Source of the DNA: Leucoraja ocellata
Taxonomy: Eukaryota
NCBI GenBank assembly: GCA_036785375.1
Contig: JAWMAR010000399.1
Coordinates: forward strand, 868,001-932,000
Direction of reading: 5' to 3'
Length of the DNA: 64,000 nucleotides
Part shown: one piece after another, positions 1-12,700 of the stretch
Layout: each line of letters opens with the position of its first letter
How positions within the stretch are numbered: position 1 is the stretch's first letter
Program-made: the position numbers and the translations under genes
The notes under the pieces: generated by a model
What the model was told of the DNA's origin: nothing
The model's input: only the letters and a program-made list of their open reading frames with translations
Database searches by the model: none

Positions 1-313
1 TCATAAACTCCTTGGTTTTGTTTCCTCTATTCTCTTTAAATTCTCCTGGCACATGTGTGATATTACTGTGTTCCAGGTAAGAAAAAGTGAATGAAACATT
101 TCTTGGGCTACTAACGGGAGTAACATCCAAGACTCTGGAGAATCTGCTTATTGAGCACCGACAAACTCTCTGTGCTGGTTTATCAGAGCTTCACTGTGCA
201 CCAGATAAATGTTGCACTCTCAAAGAAGTTCAATAACATTTTCAAACACCATTTTCTTTTCATAAAACCACAGGCACAGCAGTAGAGTTACTGCCTCACA
301 GCGTCAGAGGTCC

Positions 314-605
314 GGTGACGTTTTGGGTCGAGACCCTTCATCAGGCATGGTCACGGGAGAGGAAATGGGAGAGATATCGATGATGATGTAGCGAGATAAA
401 GAACAATAAATGAAAGATATGCAAAAAAGTAACGATAATAAAGGAAACAGGTGATTGTTAGCTGTTTGCTTGGTGAGAACGAGAAGCTGGTGCGACGTGG
501 GTGGGGGAGGGATAGAGTGAGAGGGAATGTAGGGGTTACTTGAGGTTGGAGAAATCAATATTGATACTACTGAGTTATAAGCTGCCCAAGCAAAATATTT
601 ATGAT
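314..605 (-). mobile_element. Penelope-like element 3'/terminal-repeat fragment
   Basis: Homologous to the 3530-3600 segment (cttgggcagcttataac...) and ends in a hammerhead-like motif. Confidence 0.7.
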
Positions 606-634
606 AACTGGTTTCCAAGAAGTAAAATGCATAC

Positions 635-733
635 CTTGAGGATTATCGGTGGCCTGTTTGGCAGTTCAATTATACATGAAACCTGGGTACAATTTCCACA
701 ACATTGTCCTTCCTGCTTCTTATATTCATAGCC
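635..733 (-). CDS. Mucin exon, VWC region: GYEYKKQEGQCCGNCTQVSCIIELPNRPPIILK
   Basis: ccccacag|GGC...AAG|gtatgc, 99 nt, phase 0-0. Confidence 0.85.
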
Positions 734-3700
734 CTGTGGGGAAGATGTCAATAATTAGTCCCATTTCATTGACTATAAATGGAGTAATGAGTGATTAGTG
801 GGATAGATGGTTACCTGTGAACACTGAGTATCACACCTAATGGGTGTGCATGCAATGGCATGGAGCTTGGTTAATGGATCCACTTCGTCAGTACAGTTGC
901 AATCCTTGCATGTGTTCTGTGGTACAGTCATTCCCGGCTGAAACACAAGTAAAGTTTGAGTTGAGATGTGGTTTAAATTTGTGCTGGGTTTTTAATACAA
1001 TGGAATGAAACAGTTGGATTTCATACAGTGAAGAAGATAAAACTCTGGAGTTTTATGGTTTTATGCAGCAAATTCCCAGAACCATTGACGTACAAACTCG
1101 GCCCAGGATTTTGCCATTTCCCCTTCTCTAAAATTCAAAGTAATCGTGGCTAATTAATTCGAAGCCTCAACACCTTCCCATCTATCCACTTCCTTTCGTA
1201 TTGAGAATCTTGTGTTACCATGACACTAGCTACCTCTACCTTAAAAATAATCAGGCTGGTTCCACCTACCTTTGAGGAAGAGAATTCGGTGAATGACTCC
1301 ACATTGTTAAACATAAATCCTCATTTCCCTCTTCAGAAGAAACATCTCCTCCCAACACGCACCCTCTCAAGAACACCCAGGCTCTGATCTGTTTCAGTCA
1401 AGCTCCCTCTCACTTCAAAACCCACCAGATACTAGCCCAACCTCCACCCTTTCATCATACAGCAACCCATTCATTTCAGATATTAACCTCGGATTGTTTC
1501 CAGTGCAGTGTCATCTTTCCTTATATTTGGAGACTGATGATGTACACCCTGTCTAGATGTGACCTCACTAAAGCCCAGAGGAGCTGAACTACATTTTTCC
1601 TACTTTCATTTTCCTGGCGATAAAGGACAATATAATATTAGCTTCCCTCAATCCTCTGCATATTCCTAGCACAACTGGGTCTTGTTGCATTTCAGAACTC
1701 TGCAATATTTCTCTATTTAAATAATAGGTTTAGTCTAGTTCAGCTTAGAGATGCAGCATGGAAACAGGCCCTTCAGCCCACTGAGCCTGTGTTGACCCAC
1801 GATCCCCATACATCATGATATATCCTACACATATTAAGGATAATTTACAATTTTACCAGCCAATTTTAGCCTACAAACCTGTACATCTTTGGAGTGTGGA
1901 GGAAACTGGAGCACCCGGAGAAAACCCACGAGGACACGGGGAGAATGGACAAAATCTGTACATGCAGCACCCGTAGTCAGAATTGAACCTGTGTCATTGG
2001 CGCTGTAAGAGGCAGCATCTCTACTGGTGCGCCACCATGCCACCCTCCCCCTGGACCTATCGATATCCCTTTGTAGCCTTCCTGTATGCTCATAACTGAC
2101 ACTCCTGCCAATTAAATTCTAGCTATGATTTGAATTTTCTTGCTGTGAAAACTAACATTGCATTGGCACGTGCTCTGCTCCAAATTCACCTCTTACTACA
2201 TTTTAATGTTTTTCTACCATTTGCTCATCTGAGTGCAAGCAAAGTTTTGTCTACTGTGATTCATGAATGAGAAAACAGGACAGAAACATGAAAAACTGTA
2301 CACAGGGCAAATTAATATAAGCACCCAAATTGCAGAGGAAGACAGGACTATGGACCTATTGATCTGTGTGGATGAGTTAGGCCAAATGTCATGTTTCTAT
2401 GCTGTAAAACTAATTAGTAACTCAGCATATGTCAGTGTACCTTACCTTGTATTCAGTGTCGTTGAACACACATACTTCTTTTGGTACTGAAAATGAAATA
2501 ATATGCCATTAAGTTAACGGTTCACGTACTTTAAACTGCAGGCATGCTCTTTAAATTATCACGATAGTGACCATTGTATCACTACTTGTATCACAGATCA
2601 ACATACTGTAAAAGTAACACTTACCACAGATGTAAGTTGGGCAGCATTTATTATCTTTCATGTGGACCTCGGGCGTGTATCCAACCTTGCAGTCAAATTT
2701 CACAGTTGGGCAGTGAGTTATGTTACATTCTGAATAGGCAAAATATGATGTTAGTTACGTAAAGGCTCTTTACTTATGACCATAGGAAATATTCATTAGA
2801 GAGTTTCATTTTAGGTTAAACAAAATGTTTCCACTAGTATTTCAATAAATCAAGGCCTGATTAGACCAATTTCCCAATTCACCACAAGTTTTGAGTTCCA
2901 ACTAGACTGATTAACACTGCTCTTCAAATTTAATCCAATGATAAGCCTATCATTTCTGGTGAATCGTAATCAACCTCAGTTTACAACTGACAACCACTGT
3001 TCACTCTTTGCAAACCCCCAGATCAGAACAGGATTCCTTTGCTCCTCACCTTTCACACTATCAGCCTCTGTAACAAAACACCAGCCCCTGACATTTCCAT
3101 CACCTCCAATGTGATCCCACCACCACATATCTTCCCATCTTCTCCTCTTTCCGCCATCCGCAGAGGCCATTCTCTCCGCAACACCTTGGTTCACTCATCC
3201 CTTCCCACACAAGTCACCGCCACCACCTGTCCCTATACCTCCTCCCTTGCCTCCATCCAGGGACACCAACAGTCCTTCCAGATGAGACAGAGGTTCACAT
3301 GCATCTCTTCTAACCTCATCTACTGCATCCAATATCCCAATATGGTCTCCTGAATATTGGCGAGACCAAGCTTGGATGAAGACTTGCACTCAGTCTGCTA
3401 GGTCTTACTGGATCACCCGCTTGCTAACCATTTAAATTCCACTTCCCATTCCCATGCTGACCTTTCTGTCCTGGGCCTCCTCCATTGCAAGAGTGAGGCC
3501 ACACACAAACTGGAGGAACAGCGTATCATACTCCGCTTGGGTAGCTTATAACCCAATAACATCAACACTGAATTCTCTAATTTTAGATAACCTCTGATAG
3601 CCTGCATAGTAAAAGAAGGGTCCTGATCTGAAATATCGTCTGTACATTTCCCTTCACAGATGATGCCCGACATACTGAATTCCGCAACCTAATGCCTAAA

Positions 3701-6700
3701 CCCTTTCTATCCTCTCCGAGTACATTGAATTTTTAAAAATTTCACCTAGGGGTACTTGCATCTAGTAATTAAAATTGATCCTATGTGCTCTTCATGGAAT
3801 ATTCTAAATGTTAATCTCCACGTTGTCTTTTATCAGTAGAACTTAATCTTCGAGAATTTAAGAATCATACAATACAGAAACAAACCCATCGGTCTATGCT
3901 AACCTATCCCATTTAACATCTAACTTTTGCTTAGAAATTAATATTTCTAAAATCATTACATAAGTAAACACGATTCTCTCTTGGCAAAACTCATAATGCA
4001 TATGATTTTGCTTTTAAATAATAGAAGATTTCATGCTGGATCTGTACAATGGAATATTCATACACGCTAACTGGGAAGATTAATAATCAAAATGTTGCAA
4101 ATGATGGAGAATTGCTTTCAGGTCTATGATCCTTCCACGGAACTGGAAAGGACATTTCCAGTTCTGATCAAGGAGCACAAAAATGCTGGAGAAACTCAGC
4201 GGGTGCAGCAGCGTCTATGGAGCAAAGGAAATAGGCAACGTTTCGGCAGTTCCTTCTTAAACATCTGATCAATGGGCAGTGAGGTGAAATGTTCACTCTG
4301 TACTCCTTTGTCCACAGACGCTGCCTGATCTGCTGTGTATTTCAAGCATTTTCTGTTTTTGTAAAACGGAGAAAGGGTCCACTTACTGCAGATGGTTTCT
4401 GTACAACATAAGTCATTTTGGTTCCTTTCAACAACTGGTACAAAGCCTTGTTCTGTGCACACCACTGGAGGTGATACAGAGCATTTGTGGGGTTTGCAGA
4501 TGATGCTCAATGTTGCCTTGCTGCAAGAACAATCCTGACAATTGCTTTGCCATGTTTCACCGACCTGTCACAAGCACAAGAACAGCAGGACGTTTTTATA
4601 AATGCAGAAGCAGAAGTTAATATCATTCTCAATGATAGATATTGGCTGCTCGCTTGATAAACCTACCTGCTTTGGTTTTCCATCAGGTCCAATACAATCT
4701 ACAATGGACATAAAGAAAAGTCATAACTAATGTGCTTACTGACTGAATTTGAACCAATAAACTAAATGCTTCTTAATCAACACAGAAACATAACATATAA
4801 AATACAAAGAAATAAAGATGATGGATAAAATTAAGTGACTGCTGATCAGAGGAGGCAGCATTACCTGGACTCTAACCTGCTGCTGACCTGACCTTCTACC
4901 GCTCGTCCATCGAGAGCCTGCTGACATACTGCATTACAGCATGGTATGGCAGCTGCACCATGGCAGACAGGGAGAGGCTTCAGAGGGTAACCAGGACAGC
5001 GCAGAGGATCATTGGTTGCCCTCTCCCCTCCCTGATGGACATCTACACCTCCCGCTGCCTTAGCAGGGCAAAGAAGATCACCAAAGACAGCTCCCATCCT
5101 GCGTTTGGACTGTTCGACCTGCTGCCCTCTGGAAGGCGCTATAGGTGCATCAAATCCAGGACAAACAGACTCAGGAATAGCTGCTTCCCGAGAATTATAT
5201 CTACCATAAATTCAAATCCACACATGCACTGACTACACCGCCCAACACGGACTTCCATCTGTATATATGTATATATGTATGTAGCGCCGTAGAATTTGTG
5301 CACCTATTCCCCCCCCCCCCCCCATCTCCCTTCTGTTTTGTTTTTCTGTTTCTTGTTTTTTGTGTAAAATTGTATGTATGCACTGAGTACGAGCAGCTTT
5401 CAGTTTCACTGTACATGTATAGTGACAATAAATGGCATATCTATCTATATCTATCTATTAAGTGACGGTCAGTCAGTCACTCACAAACCAATTAACCAAA
5501 ATAATCATTGCAATAATATGCACTTTCAGAGTTAAGGGCCTGTCCCACTTTCACGACCTAATTCACGACCTTTTTTACTCGTGGACATCTTTCAGCAGGC
5601 CGCGACCTACTGGATGCCATGAGTGCCTACGACTAGCATCACGATCTGCTACGACCCACCTAAAACCTTCTACGATCTCGCGACGACCATGCTACGAGTG
5701 CTACTCTCTCCCTACAATTCTCACGTGATATTACATCCCTTCTCTGCAGTTGTCAGGGTAGTTCCAGTTAAGATTCAATTGCGGGAACTTGGTAGTGGTG
5801 GTACCAGACCTTGTAGCGGTTGTACAGAAATATACTTACTACAGCTATCCGTGCAGATGTCTCCGGGCTTAAACAGGATCTTCCCATCAGGACAGAAGCA
5901 GCCTTCATCACTGGGTTTATTTTCGTCATGCGATCTAATCACAAAAGGGAGCATTAATATTGTGCACTGAGTGAAGGGGAGAAGGAAACGAGAGAATGAT
6001 TTTTGAATTATCAGTGAGAATGTTTTGCAAAATAAATGCAACAAACCTGGACCCACAAGTTGGCTGCTCCTTTGATGCACATGGTTTATATTCCATCTTT
6101 GCAGGGCAGTGATATGCTGGATTAAAGTAAACAAGGAAACAAGAAATTAGGTATCAAATCTGAAATTCCACGATTGTCCAACTCTTTTGGTTAATGGTTA
6201 CCATGCTGGATACTCTTTCTCACTTTCCTGATATTCTTCCCGGTTTTCCGTCAGGATTCATAGATTCACAGAGTTATAGAGCTGTACAGAACAGAAAGGC
6301 TCATCGTCTGACCCTATCCATGCCAACCAAGTTCACTTAGTCAGCTAGTCCCATTTGCCGGCATATAGCCCATATCCCTCTCAGCATTTCATATCCACAT
6401 TTATAAATTAAAAATATGTAATTATACTGTTTCTACAGCTGCCTCGGGCAGTTTATTCCAGATACTCTCCACTACTGAATAAAGGATTTGTTTCATATTA
6501 ACTGCCTATTCTGATCTTCTATGGACTGTAGTTCTGGTTGCACTACGGAATTTGGTATTGCACTTATGGTTATCCAGTGTTACAGTTATTCATTTATTTT
6601 ATTGATAATATATTTATACATATGTTATTGCCTTTATGAGCATGTTAAGCTGCAACAAGTAGAATGTCATTGTTCCATTCCCAGTAGATATGATAATCAA

Positions 6701-9700
6701 ATATCCTTCACTCAGTTTTGAAAAGAATTTGGACAAATATTTGAAAACAGTTAACAAATCAAGGCCACGGGGTGAGAAGGGCAATCTAGGCAAGAATGGA
6801 GAGCCAGAGCAGTCATGTTAATCTGAAGAAACTCCTGTGTTAAATCATTCAATGGTATTATGAAGAAATTATTAGTTGTTAGTTTCCTACCGCCCTATCT
6901 CTTTCCTCTACCACCCCCTACCCCCTCCCATTGTGACCCTCTTTTACTCTCCTCCCTACATTCTTCTCCCACCCCTCCCATCCTCGAGTCTTGCATTTCC
7001 CATTTATTCCCTCTTGCCCCTCCCTGTCCCCTTCCACCCACATCCCTTCCACCACTTTTACATTGCACCTCTCCTTTCTGGGAATTGAGACACCCTTTTG
7101 TCTCCTTTGCATCTTCAATGTTTGTCACTGCCTCCACCAATCTACCATACATTCCCCCTCACCTATCACTTTGCCACTCCCTATCTTTCCTTTACAATTT
7201 TCTCCATCAGTCTGAAGAAGGGTCCCGACCTGAATCATTGTTCATTGTTCATTGTCCTCTACAGACGCTACCTGACCTGTCGAATTCCTCCAGCACTTTG
7301 ATTCTTGATCAGTTACTTACAACATATTCCGTCGGTGTGATCCCGCCAATCCACACAGGTATCGCCTTTAGATCTGCACATCTTGGAATACATGTCTATA
7401 CTGGAACATATTATTGTCTCATTCATGACATGGCATGCGTCATTCACGCAGGCTTCATAGAATGGGCCTGGAGGTACCTTGTCATGGCATTTTGTGAAGA
7501 TACTATGAAAAGAAGAACAATGTTAAAAATGCAAAATGTTCTGAGTGGAACTGTCTACCTTACATATTGATTGTAAGTCATCATTCCTTCATTGTCGGAG
7601 ATAAGTGACCACCTCCCGCTCTATCTCCCACCTCCTCTCATTCTCCTTTCTCTTCTAGCCCTCTCTGAGTGGTGACGATGAGGCCATTCATCTACTTCTG
7701 ACAATAGTTGAAAAAAATGAGGGAAAAATGGTGATACTAGTCAAGCAGTAGACGAGCTGGCTAGCTGGTCAGATGTATCTATCAATCCCTCCGAACGACT
7801 TAGCTGCTGAAACCTTCTGAGGTGGACTGTTCCGTAGGTTCACCACAATACTTCTACTCATCATAATTTCAATGGCGATCAAATGTAGCGGGAAAGTATA
7901 CAGTTAAGGGCAGTAGCTTTGGTTTTGGAAGATGCACTCATGGGTGATATTCAGAAGGTCGGTCACCAGGACCACAGTTCACAGGCAATTGTTGCAATTG
8001 AATGGTGATTGTCACCAGGTGTGAATCATCCAGGTCAACTAGTTTGTTGGCAATCATAAGGAAATGTAATGCATACCTTTAAGAATAAAATATTTAAACA
8101 GTATTCGGATTGTTAAAATGGCTAAATAGCTGGGCCAACTGGTCACTTAGAAGATAGAAAGGGGAATGATTAACGACATTCCCTACACCACCCAAATGCC
8201 ACCTTTACCCTGGGAATAAGACTTACGGGCCAAGGATGATCTTGCAGATATTTGATGCTGCACAAGGGGTAGTTGGCACAGTTGTCGGACTGAGTGTGGT
8301 TTTTAGAGAAGGTGTGGCTGAAGAAAGTATTGGCATTGGAGTTGTAGTTGCGGCATCGCAATGTTCTTTGTTCTTATCCGTAATTTTCCAGTGAGGGGCG
8401 GCGTGAGAGCAAGAAGATACCACGGTTCCATCAGGCAGTGTGCAGTCATCTGTCTTGTTGTTGGTGCAGGTACCTAGGGAAGTGGAAATTGAGAATTGAG
8501 GGCATTACTTAAAATGTACTTCCAACGTCATCGGATGCTCTTCCCAATGCATTTTCACATATCTCAGTTAACCTCCTCCACACCACTCCTCCACTGATTC
8601 AAGGGCCCAACCCCAACGCCTTCCCCCCACAGTGTCTGAACTTAAACAATTAGGCCAAACATCCAAATGCATTTCTCTGAACACCCCCAATGTAACATCC
8701 ATTTGATATTCAACATGGATGCCATTCTTTAAAGAATGTCTTGATCTGCTTTACATTGTCCCTTTGGTCAAGATTCAAGATTCAAGATTCAATTTAATTG
8801 TCATTTGGACCCCTTGAGGTCCAAACGAAATGCCGTTTCTGCAGCCATACATTACAAACAAATAGACCCAAGACACAACATAATTTACATCAACATCCAT
8901 CACATCGCTGTGATGGAAGGCCAAAAAAAACTTATCTCTCCACCTCTCGCTGCCCCTACAGAGGGATGTAAAGTACATTCTGAGATACACCTCGTTAGAT
9001 TATCACTCAGTCACCATATCCTCCCACAAAAATAACTTGTTTGTAAAGTTGGGATAGCAAAAGGAGAAAAACATTAGCAAATATGACCACCAACATCCAT
9101 GAATGATAATTGTCCTTATTTTTTTTATCTCACAAGACAAAAAACAAATCAAATACAGATTTCCAACATCTCCATGTTGTGAAGGTAATTATTGGAAGCC
9201 CCTGTGTTAATCCATGCATGGCGATATCTCAATTTAGATGCGGCCTTTTTTACAATACTGGAAACTGAAATGAAGAAGTCCCAATGATACATACCACACT
9301 GTCCTTCAACGTTTTTCCCAAAGACCGCGTGGGGAAGGTCTATAGTAAAGTCCAGGCCATCAAAGGTAATAGTAGCATTAATGGGAATAATCTCAACCGT
9401 TTCCGTGATCCCTGAGGAACTGATCTTGACCCCATCATGGAAATAAGGTTGTATAATCTCTTCATCATTGACCTGTGCCTGTATAAGAAAAGCAAGATGC
9501 TCCAGTTAGCTACTGTTTTATTTCTGTACTTTATAAGCATGAGGAACATGTTGGCACCTGAGTCAGTCTAGAATCATGGAGCAGGTGGTGCCCCCTAGGT
9601 CCGCGGTTGATGGCTATGGTCTGTTGCTGTGTGGAGGCATTGCCTGGCAGATCACTGCTCGTGAGTTTCCTGAGCAACACTGCCAAACCCTTCTCAATGA

Positions 9701-12700
9701 GCGGGGCAGCAGGAATTTTTCTCTGACTTTGGATGTTTCTCTGCCTTGAGTCCAATCCTACCTTAATTTCTGTTCAAATCCATTCCTGACCCCACACTCG
9801 TCCTGTGGTGTGTTGTATCAAGGTTCGTTCAGATTGATGGTATATTTTACAAGTTATTCACATTTTAAGCTTTAAAAATGTAACTTTTCACTTGACTTTT
9901 CAATGTACAATGGTACAAAAGAGTCCTGTCATTTGTACCATTGTAATGGGCAGGGGCAGCTAAGTGGAATGGATTTTTAAAAAATGATAAGTCAATTTTT
10001 TAAAGTTTAAAAAGAGGGAGGGTGAAGAGGAGGGGGGGGTGAGTGCTGGGGGATGAGGGGAAATGAGCCGCATTGGGGCTATTGGTGAGTGGTGGAATTT
10101 TGCGTTGGTGGAACTGGTTGCGTTGGGGGAACGAGTGAGTGGTGGAATATTGCATTGGGATACCAGGACCCAATGGATCCCACTTGGTCATGGTTTTATA
10201 TATTTCTATCAGGGAGCACCACAGTCTGTGGGACGAGTTGAATCAGCAACTTGGTATACATAGCTTTGGCATACTTGGGACACATTAAGTCAACGGGCAA
10301 TATAAAGTTGGTTAATAGGTCTGTTTTTGTGCCAAAGAGCTTTATGACTGACATTGGAACCATTTTCCTGTTTGCTTCCTTCCCCGGGTTTTTTTCTTCT
10401 GGACATTTCTTCTGATTGAGGCTTTGGTGAACTCTTCTCGATGGGACATTTGCACATAATAGGAGTAAACATTAAGTGTAGCAGGTAAATGGCACCATCT
10501 TTACACATAGACTATTTACACGAGGTCCGACAGTGGACCGTCAGTGACTTGGTCTTACCACTTGAGGGCACCCTGGGCCAGTGGGAGGATTGAGATGGTT
10601 AGGCAGACAAATCTATGGCACATATATACACAATGGGATATTCCTAGCTTTCTGTTATTTCTAGGAGGGCATTGAGAACAGTTTGTCCTCAATGCCCAAT
10701 ACTGGTTTATTATTGTCATGTGCACTGGGATACTGAAAAACCTTCTTCTGTGTGCTATCCAGGCAAATCTTATCATAGATGAATGTATCAGGTAGTGCAA
10801 AAAATACAATAGAGTGCAGAATATAATGTTACAGCTGCAGAGAATGCAGTTTAAAATAATGCAAGGGCCACAATGGGATAGATTGGAATACATCCTGGAA
10901 TACATCCTTAGATTGAGAGGATCATTGACATGGAGGCAACTTCATAGCCACCCCAGCCTTAACACAATGGCTTTATTTGTAATGGACTTTCATCATGGAT
11001 TTAAATCCAAACTGTTGGGCAAAGCTCTTCTTTGCCAATTGGCAGAAAGTGTAGAAACACTTACCGTGGCTTTCATTGAGTTGTTGACAGTCACCCGAAT
11101 CAATGAGATTACTAAAGATTTGTAGAATATTTTGAGGGCTATTGGCTGTGACATTTCGGGCCCAACATTGGAGTTGTCCAAGTAAATCTTGAAGTTTTCG
11201 ATCTTTTCTGTTATTTGCTTCACCACGATGTAAGTACATTTTCCTTTGAATGTGTAATCTGTTCCATCAAAAGTAATGTAATGGGAACCTCCCCATCCAA
11301 TGCAGGAACCTGAAACATCAAAGGCAGACTCTTGTTTCCAACAAAATATTTATTTAAGCTGAAAAAGCAAACATACAGATACTGGAAAATAGAAATAAAA
11401 ACTGAAAATGCTGGAGATATTGATCTGGTTTGACGGTGTCTATGGGGAGGAAGATAGGGTTAACAGTTCAGGTTGATGACCTTTTGTTAGTTCTTAATAA
11501 AAATGAAAATACTTTATATATTATATATTATTTTTTTTTAAGCTAGAAGTCTAATCATTGTTTTTGGAAGAAAAATGCTTTCTACCAATAAAGGAATAAT
11601 GCCATGGTAATTTTAAACTCAGGTCTAAAGCAACCCAGATTGTTGATGTATGAGTCCCATTGTGTGCTGTCTGAATGGGCCAATTGCAGCATTTTTGGAC
11701 AGCCCCAACCTATTGGCAAGGTCCTATGCTCCAAGGCACTTTTAACTTCCCATGGAATTGGCAGTGATGGCTTTGTTGTGTTGATTGAGATTATGTCTCC
11801 AACTTGGAGAACGATAGTTTGAAGACCCACTTAGCACTTTCTCAAAATGTCACAGCCATGATCCCAGTATGTCACTGGGAGATTGTCTTCAAAACCACAG
11901 GGAACTTGTTCGGTCATGAGATTCCAAAGCCCAATCGTACATGAGCAAGAAGTTCTTCAAAACTCACTCTTCAACCAAAAAACCAAAGCGTGCCGCCTCA
12001 CAATTTCTTTCCGTTTGTGACTATATTTTTGGGAGAACGGATTCTCCGATTTCTTTGTGTGCTGAAATTGCCTTTTGACGGAAGAGGAATGTGATGCAAG
12101 ATTTCACGTTAAATATTCATCTTCCTAATTCAAGGTTTGCTTATATTTGGACTTGAAAGAGAGAGCAGAGGAATGGGAGCAGCAATCAGCCAGATCACGA
12201 TTTGAGTGTGTTCTGCCTGTTGTTAAAATGTCTGCCTGTTAAAATGGCTGCTGATCTGCCTCCATTATTCCCTTCAATTCCTGCCTATTCCTATTGACCC
12301 CGACTGCCCTGGTGTTCAATCATTTGTCTGTTTCGGCCAGCAACATTTTCAATTACTCCATCTCCCCAGTTATCTGGGACAGAGTATTACAGATTCATCA
12401 TTGTCTGACGGAAGAAATTCCTCCTCGCCTCTCCCCTTTATTCTGCAATGATGCCAATATTGTAAATAAAATGGGAACAAAAATAAGGGGCAATATTAAT
12501 CTAAGATGGTGATTAATCAAGGAAAGGCAGTATATTGAGGAAGGATCCTGACAGACTAAATTGATTGAACTATTGGAAGAATATATTGTGGTTGAGAGAT
12601 GTGCAGTTGATGTCGTCTTCATAGACTTTAGTAAATGTCTAATAAAGTTTCACATGGGAGATTATGATCCAGGGTAAATGGGCAAGTTAGATCCTAATTT

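Noticed and set aside
1-300. Further mucin exon (next VWC or cystine knot)
   Set aside because: No convincing Cys-rich phase-0 exon found; remaining exons probably lie outside the window.
1940-2045. tRNA genes at SINE heads (also ~15930 and ~62900)
   Set aside because: Only A/B-box-like remnants attached to SINE bodies; no full cloverleaf.
6860-7570. 236-aa plus-strand ORF
   Set aside because: Low-complexity pyrimidine tract of a repeat plus the antisense of the C8 exon.
9995-10192. Possible Helitron-like 3' end (ggacccaatggatccc hairpin)
   Set aside because: Hairpin imperfect and terminal CTAG absent; insufficient to call.
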